In this document: one piece after another, positions 58,755-64,000 of the stretch
How positions within the stretch are numbered: position 1 is the stretch's first letter
Layout: each line of letters starts with the position of its first letter
NCBI RefSeq assembly: GCF_030685025.1
Contig: NZ_JAUXWC010000105.1
Length of the DNA: 64,000 bases
Origin: Rhodoferax sp.
GTDB lineage: Bacteria; Pseudomonadota; Gammaproteobacteria; Burkholderiales; Burkholderiaceae_C
Reading direction: 5' to 3' (one strand)
Position numbers and translations under genes: made by a program
The notes under the pieces: generated by a model
What the model saw: only the letters and a program-made list of their open reading frames with translations
Told to the model about the DNA's origin: nothing
The model's database searches: none

Positions 58755-58803
58755 CGCCGCGACACGCGACCCCGGCGCGCCCGCGATGGGCCCCGGGCCC
58801 CGC

Positions 58804-60114
58804 TCAGCAGCCCACGACCTTGAATTCGACGCGCCGGTCCAGCGCATCGGAGAGATCGTCGCGGCCGGTGCCGATCAGCGTCTGCCTGGAGCCCATGCCG
58901 CTGGCGATCATTCGCGGCGCCAGCGGCGGCGCCCGGCGGGCGAGTTCGTTTCGCACTGCCTCGGCACGCAGCAGCGACAAGCGCTCGTTCAGTGGTTCGG
59001 GCCCGCTGGCACTGGCGTGGCCCACCACCTCCAGGCAACTCTGGCGCGCCGATGCGTGCTTGGCGATCTCGCCGAACCACAGCGGGTAGGCCACCGGCCC
59101 GCTCCTGGCGTCTGACCACATGGCGGCCGTGCCGGGCCTGAAGAGGAACTTCATCCCCAGGCGCTTGTTCTCCAGCCCCTGGTCGACGATCTGCCCGAAG
59201 GCGTCTGCCGCCGCCGTGCGGTTGCCCAGCCGCCAGTTGGTGAGATACAGCCCGGTGTAGGTGCGCAGCTGTTCGCCGCCGGGGCTGCTGCGCGCGGCCT
59301 GGTAGAGCTGGCGTGCCTCGGTGTACCTGCCGGCGTCGTAGGCGTCGTTGGCCTCGGCGAGGGTGGCCGAGGTGAGCACGCGGTCGATGTAGGCGGGGTG
59401 GATCGCATCACCGGCGCGCGTGCCCTGGCAGGTGCGGATGTAGCCCTGGGTCGTCGTGTCCTCCAGCCAGGCCGGCGCGTCGCGGTAATAGGGCAGCGGC
59501 GTGGCGTCCACGCCCTCGGCTTCGGCGAACGCCAGCCCCTTGCTGACGAGCTTGCCGGTCTTCAGGTCGGCCAGTGCCAGGCAGATGCGGTAGGCCACGC
59601 GCTTGCCTTCGGTCTTGCGTTCGGTGTTGACACCGGTGAACGTGCCCACCAGCAGCAAGGGCCCGCGCATCAGGCTGCCGCTGTTGAACGGTTGCACGGC
59701 ATAACGCGGGAAACTCTCTTTGATGATGCGCGTGATGCGCGTGCCCATGGCGCGCGTGGCCTGCGTCTGCGCCCCGGTCACGCCGTCGATCAGGGGATCG
59801 ATGACGAGATCCCACTCGGTGTCTGGGGGCAGCTGGGCCTTGCCCAGCAGATTGTTGGCCGCCGCCTGCACTGCCTCGTCGAAGGGCAGGATCGGCGGTG
59901 GTGCTGCTGGGGCAGGTGCGGGTGCGGGTGGTGGTGGCGCTGCCGCGGCCACGGGTTCGGGTGGCGCCGCCGGCGCCGGCGCCGTGCCCGCGCTGGTCGT
60001 CACGGCAGCGGGCGGCCCGCTGGTCGCCGGCGACGTGCACCCCGCCAGCACGAGCACGCAGGCAAGACACGCCAAGAGTCCAGCGCTCGGAGCGCCCTTG
60101 GACGGCTGTTTCAT
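58804..60114 (-). CDS. OmpA-domain lipoprotein with Pro/Ala linker and an LpoB/FlgO-like plus TPR-like middle region
   Basis: 436 aa. Lipobox LVLAGC. The OmpA_C pattern is VVGHASASGPEPLNERLSLLRAEAVRNEL...DRRVEFKV. Confidence 0.8.
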   Translation of the reverse strand: MKQPSKGAPSAGLLACLACVLVLAGCTSPATSGPPAAVTTSAGTAPAPAAPPEPVAAAAPPPPAPAPAPAAPPPILPFDEAVQAAANNLLGKAQLPPDTEWDLVIDPLIDGVTGAQTQATRAMGTRITRIIKESFPRYAVQPFNSGSLMRGPLLLVGTFTGVNTERKTEGKRVAYRICLALADLKTGKLVSKGLAFAEAEGVDATPLPYYRDAPAWLEDTTTQGYIRTCQGTRAGDAIHPAYIDRVLTSATLAEANDAYDAGRYTEARQLYQAARSSPGGEQLRTYTGLYLTNWRLGNRTAAADAFGQIVDQGLENKRLGMKFLFRPGTAAMWSDARSGPVAYPLWFGEIAKHASARQSCLEVVGHASASGPEPLNERLSLLRAEAVRNELARRAPPLAPRMIASGMGSRQTLIGTGRDDLSDALDRRVEFKVVGC

Positions 60115-60202
60115 CGTCGCTCCCCGGTCGGCAAAGGCAGGGCGTGCAGTATGCCTGTACCTGCCGAGGGCGGGAGGTGGCGTTTGCCCGTGGCGCCGGG
60201 CC

Positions 60203-61738
60203 TCAGCGCGCGCAGCGGGTATGGAAATAGGTCGTCTGCTCGGGCGTCAACAGGTCGCCCAGTTGCATGCGCAGGAGCAGGTCGTTGCAGCGCGGGTCGG
60301 TTGGGGCCGCCCGCGTGCCGGGGTTCGTGGCGGGCGCGGTGCGCGCGGGCGGCGGCCGCGTGGGCGCCTCCAAGGTCGGCGCGGCTGCCTGTGGCGGTAC
60401 GGTCGCTGCGGGCGGGCGCCGCTGCGGGATGCTGGCCGGGCCCGCAACGGCAGCAGGTGCAGCGCCACTTGCCGCCGTGGCCAAGGACGGCGTACCGGCT
60501 GCCGCAGGCGTCTGGGGTGCCGCGGTCTTCGGCGCCGACGCCGCCGGGGCCACCGACGGTGCTGCCGGGCCGGCAAGCGGCCCCGGCCGCGCCACCAACA
60601 GCCAGACTACCGCTGCGGCGGCGCCGGCGGCCGCGAGACCGCCTGTCCATACCGCCGTCGCCTTTACCCGTGCCCGTGGCGGCATGGTCGTTGACGACGT
60701 CGCGGAGGCGGCGGGTGCAACGGCCGTGGGCACGGCGGGCGATGCGCCTGCTGGCGCGGTCGGCAGCGGCGGCGGTGCAACGGTCGCACCGGGCGTGGAG
60801 GGCGGCAAAGTGCCCGACGCTGCCGGCGGCGGCTGCAGTGGCACCACCACCGTGCTGTCGAGGTCGAGGTCCAGCGCGGCGCCGGTTGCAGCGGGTTGCG
60901 CGGCCTTCAACACGCACCGCAGATCGGCGGCGAAGACGGCAGCGGTTTCATACCGATCCTCAGGCTGCTTTGCCAGCGCCCGCGAGACGATGGCATCGAA
61001 GCCGGCCGGCAGTGCCGGATTCAGCTGCGACGGCGGGACCGGCTCGTCGTGCACGATCTTGCGCTGGATGCCGAAGGGACCGCCACCGACGAAGGGGCGC
61101 GTGCCGGTGAGGAATTGATACAGCACGACTCCGGCGCCGAAGATGTCGGCGCGCGAGCCCACGGCCAGGCCCAGGATCTGCTCGGGCGCCATGTAACTGG
61201 GCGTGCCCACCATGGTGCCCGGCAGCGTGCGGTCCTGGTTGGAGTCGGCCAGCCGCGCGACGCCGAAGTCGGTCAGCTTGACGCGGCCAGCGCTGTCGAT
61301 CATCACGTTGGCCGGTTTCACGTCGCGGTGCACGACGCCGTGTTCGTGCGCATAGGCCAGCGCGTCGAGCAGCTCGCTCATGATGCGCACGGCCTCTTCG
61401 AGGCCGAACTTCTCGCCGTCTGCAAAGGCCTGCCCGAGTTCGCGCCCGCGCACGAACTCCATGACGATGAAGGTCACGTCGTCCTGGGCGCCAAAGTCGA
61501 AGACGGCGACGATGTGGGGGTGGTTCAGGCGCGCCGCGGCCTGCGCCTCGCGCTCGAAGCGGGCCGTGTAATCGGCCGAGGTGGACTCGTCGGCGAGAAA
61601 GCTCCGCAGCACGGTCTTGATGGCCACCGTGCGCGACAGCCGCATGTCGGTGGCCTCATAGACCACGCCCATGGCGCCTCGCCCGAGGACCTTGCCCAGC
61701 TTGTAGCGGCCCAGCAGAGTCTGCGGATCGGTGTTCAT
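60203..61738 (-). CDS. Hanks-type serine/threonine protein kinase, single-pass membrane
   Basis: ATG at 61738. Motifs are LGRGAMGVVY, VAIK, HRDVKPANVMI, DFG and SYMAPE. A TM segment (GGLAAAGAAAAVVWLLVA) and a Pro/Ala-rich outer tail ending in a two-Cys motif follow. Confidence 0.9.
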   Translation of the reverse strand: MNTDPQTLLGRYKLGKVLGRGAMGVVYEATDMRLSRTVAIKTVLRSFLADESTSADYTARFEREAQAAARLNHPHIVAVFDFGAQDDVTFIVMEFVRGRELGQAFADGEKFGLEEAVRIMSELLDALAYAHEHGVVHRDVKPANVMIDSAGRVKLTDFGVARLADSNQDRTLPGTMVGTPSYMAPEQILGLAVGSRADIFGAGVVLYQFLTGTRPFVGGGPFGIQRKIVHDEPVPPSQLNPALPAGFDAIVSRALAKQPEDRYETAAVFAADLRCVLKAAQPAATGAALDLDLDSTVVVPLQPPPAASGTLPPSTPGATVAPPPLPTAPAGASPAVPTAVAPAASATSSTTMPPRARVKATAVWTGGLAAAGAAAAVVWLLVARPGPLAGPAAPSVAPAASAPKTAAPQTPAAAGTPSLATAASGAAPAAVAGPASIPQRRPPAATVPPQAAAPTLEAPTRPPPARTAPATNPGTRAAPTDPRCNDLLLRMQLGDLLTPEQTTYFHTRCAR

Positions 61739-61952
61739 TGGCGGCGTGCGGTGGCCGCAGCGTCGTGCGGCAGCAAGGCGGTGCGAAGCAGTATAGGGGC
61801 GGCAACAGCCGGCCCGGCGCCGCTGCACGAAACCCTGCAACGCCTGTTGCGCAGACAGGCGCGCCGAACGACCACCGGCTGCGCCCTGCAGCAAGCACCC
61901 TCTGGCCGACCACGGCGGGCCCGGCGCCAGGCTGGCGCCACACCGGCAGCCG

Positions 61953-62447
61953 TCAGAATTCGATCGTGTCGGCGATGGCCTTGAGGCCCGCCTTGGCGCA
62001 GGCGTCGTCGGCCTCGCCGCCGGGCGCGCCGGAAACGCCGATGCCGCCGTAGATCGAGCCTCCGCCCTCGATGACCACGCCCCCGCCCACGGCCAGCATG
62101 CGCGGCGTGCTGCGGATGCCGCTCATCGGCCGGCCGGGCTGCGATTCGGCGGCCAGTTCGAGCGTGGAGGTGCGGAAGCTGGCCGCCGTCCAGGCCTTGT
62201 TGGTGGCCACGTCCACCGTGTGCGCACCGGCAAAGCGGTCGCGCAGGAAGACCTGCGTCAGGCCGGAACGGTCGACCACGGCCACGCCGACCTGGTAGCC
62301 GTGCGCACGGCACGACGCCATTGCGGCCTGCGCCGCGGCGAGCGCGGTTTCGGGCGTGAGGGTCTTGATCTGGAAGGTGGCAGCCTGGCTCTGCGCCAGG
62401 GCGGGCAGGGCCAGGCACAAGCCAGCAGCGATGAGTGCGTGTCGCAT
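61953..62447 (-). CDS. GlcG/HbpS-like (DUF336) heme-binding family protein, secreted
   Basis: ATG at 62447 after AGGAGA. Signal peptide MRHALIAAGLCLALPALA, and the GGGVVIEGGGSIYGGIGVSGAPGGEADDAC signature. Confidence 0.8.
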   Translation of the reverse strand: MRHALIAAGLCLALPALAQSQAATFQIKTLTPETALAAAQAAMASCRAHGYQVGVAVVDRSGLTQVFLRDRFAGAHTVDVATNKAWTAASFRTSTLELAAESQPGRPMSGIRSTPRMLAVGGGVVIEGGGSIYGGIGVSGAPGGEADDACAKAGLKAIADTIEF

Positions 62448-62782
62448 GATGAGGTCTCCTGAGCTTGGTACCACGACCCACCGCACGGCAGGTCGCGCAC
62501 AGCTGACCTTACACAGGCTGGGCGGCGGCAAACTGATCCCTGTCAAGCCGGCCCTCAAAGCTGGTCGGCGGCATGAAGCGCCGCTGGCCGCCGCCTTCGT
62601 GGCGCCAGCGGGCGCCGGGCGTGCAGTCCGTCACGGGCCAGGGCGGGTGTAGGAATTTGCCTGACAGGCGACGTGGAAGAAGAAGGACTTCAGCGACGGA
62701 ACTGGGCTGATGTCGGTGGCCTGTTCGACTTCTTACAGTCCTTACCAACGAACCTGCCCCCCGAAACCCCTGGAGTGAAGCG

Positions 62783-63106
62783 ATGAAAACCGAACAGATC
62801 CTGGCCGAAATCCGCGAAGCCAACCTGTCTTACCTCATGCTGGCGCAAAGCCTGATTCGCAGCGACCGCGAGCAGGCGCTGTTCCGCCTCGGCGTGACCG
62901 AGGAAACGGCGGCCCTGATCGGCACGCTGACCTCGGCGCAGATGATGAAGATCGCTGCCGGCAACACGCTGCTGTGCCGCTTCCGCATGGACGACGACAT
63001 GGTGTGGAACCTGCTCACCAACCACGGCAAGGGCGCCGCCAACGACGGCATGTCGCGCCTGCACGCCTCCATCCTGCTGGCCGGGCGCCATCAGGACGCC
63101 GCCTGA
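62783..63106 (+). CDS. flhD: flagellar master regulator subunit FlhD
   Basis: 107 aa with the pattern ILAEIREANLSYLMLAQSLIRSDREQALFRLGV. Confidence 0.9.
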   Translation: MKTEQILAEIREANLSYLMLAQSLIRSDREQALFRLGVTEETAALIGTLTSAQMMKIAAGNTLLCRFRMDDDMVWNLLTNHGKGAANDGMSRLHASILLAGRHQDAA

Positions 63107-63143
63107 GCGACCTGACTGCCAACACCGCACCGAGAATCACACC

Positions 63144-63773
63144 ATGGCCCGCAGCAAAAGCATCCTCACTGAAGCCCGGCAAATCGAACGCGCCGTGACG
63201 CTGATCCAGCTCGGAGCGCGGCTTCAGGTGCTGGAGAGCGAGACCGATCTCAGCTATGAACGCCTGCTGCGCCTGTACAAGGAAGTGGCCGGCAGGAGCC
63301 CGAGCAAGGGCCAGCTGCCGTTTTCCACCGACTGGTTCATGACCTGGCAGCCCAATATCCACGCCAGCCTGTTCTTGAACACGCACGAGTACCTGAACAA
63401 GGTGGCGGCACTCGACGAGATCGACACCGTCATCAAGGCCTACCAGCTCTATCTCGAGCAACTGCAGACGCAGGACCTGGAGCCGCTGCTGAGCCTGACG
63501 CGCGCCTGGCGGCTGGTCAAGTTCGTCGACAACGGCATGCTCACGATGACCCGGTGCAGCAAGTGCGGCGGTCATTTCGTGACCCACCCGCACGAGATCG
63601 CCCGCCACTATGTCTGTGGGCTGTGCAACCCGCCAGCGCGCGCGGGCAAGGGCAAGCCGGCGGTGCCGCGTGCGCTGGACGTCGGCCTGGCGCTGGCCGC
63701 TGCGCCCGCGCCCGCGCCCGCCCTGCTCGGCAAGAGCCGGGCCGCGGCCCCGACGGCGCCCGGCGTACATTGA
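63144..63773 (+). CDS. flhC: flagellar master regulator subunit FlhC
   Basis: 209 aa. Has KSILTEARQIERAVTLIQLGARLQ and the Zn site CSKCGGHF...CGLC. Confidence 0.9.
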   Translation: MARSKSILTEARQIERAVTLIQLGARLQVLESETDLSYERLLRLYKEVAGRSPSKGQLPFSTDWFMTWQPNIHASLFLNTHEYLNKVAALDEIDTVIKAYQLYLEQLQTQDLEPLLSLTRAWRLVKFVDNGMLTMTRCSKCGGHFVTHPHEIARHYVCGLCNPPARAGKGKPAVPRALDVGLALAAAPAPAPALLGKSRAAAPTAPGVH

Positions 63774-63869
63774 TCACGACCCGGGGCTTGATTGCGGCGC
63801 ACGCGGGCCGATAAATGTCTTGAGTTCATTGCTTGTCTCCTCCTGGCACAGACCCCTGTGCTTTCGAAC

Positions 63870-63895
63870 GGGCCCTTCGGGGCCCGATTTTTTTT
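63870..63895 (+). terminator. rho-independent terminator
   Basis: GGGCCC TTCG GGGCCC hairpin, followed by GA and an 8-T run. Confidence 0.7.
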
Positions 63896-64000
63896 GTCTG
63901 CGCACGCTCCGCGGCAGTGAGGGGAAGGCGGTCTTCGCACCTCTTCTCCGCCGGTGAACGGCCGTGCCGGCGCCGACACTGGCCGCCAGAGCCGTACCTC

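Noticed and set aside
63608-63979. Minus-strand ORF with a strong AGGAGGAG RBS and an internal ATG (MNSRHLSARVRR...), antisense to the flhC 3-prime end.
   Set aside because: The product is Arg/Ala/Gly/Pro-rich with off-frame-like composition, and it overlaps flhC. The RBS-like purine run is more simply part of the flhC 3-prime UTR.

Overview
The window looks like a Betaproteobacteria chromosome segment with Burkholderiales/Comamonadaceae-type gene order. This is inferred from protein sequences and synteny only; no searches were run. I saw no rRNA, tRNA, CRISPR array, transposase or integrase.

**1-34 kb (core metabolism and translation):**
- 5-oxoprolinase tail, lysS, accD, trpA, trpB, trpF, truA, fimV, asd.
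- leuB, leuD, an entericidin-like gene, leuC.
- A TCA supercluster: gltA, sdhE, sdhB, sdhA, sdhD, sdhC, a GntR regulator, mdh, a CitE-like gene, acnB.
- A phosphate transporter, then rpsP, rimM, trmD, rplS.

**34-52.8 kb (also core):**
- NUDIX CoA pyrophosphatase, a CobD-like gene, rsgA, phhB, an M48 peptidase, orn.
- ppk1, sixA, ppx, a ZIP transporter, usp, sseA.
- xseB, ispA, dxs, folE2.

**52.8-62.4 kb (the only clearly accessory part):**
- All genes are on the minus strand, and the block is divergent from flhDC.
- It holds a GlcG-like protein, a Hanks Ser/Thr kinase and an OmpA-domain lipoprotein.
- It also holds a small Cys-containing secreted protein and a 1318-aa beta-helix/Ig-repeat protein ending in a PEP-CTERM sorting signal.
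- These are followed by two paralogous small membrane proteins of no family I recognise, and a twice-frameshifted small gene.
- This block is my best candidate for an undescribed system.

**Other observations:**
- Codon and GC usage steps up sharply inside or just after rplS and stays high for the remaining 30 kb. This points to a chimeric join or a large homologous replacement.
- A REP-like element family occurs as 84-bp tandem pairs. One pair lies in frame inside the trpF 5-prime region.
- The DUF47 partner gene of the Pit transporter is deleted down to the pit start codon.
- The giant PEP-CTERM gene is compositionally mosaic.
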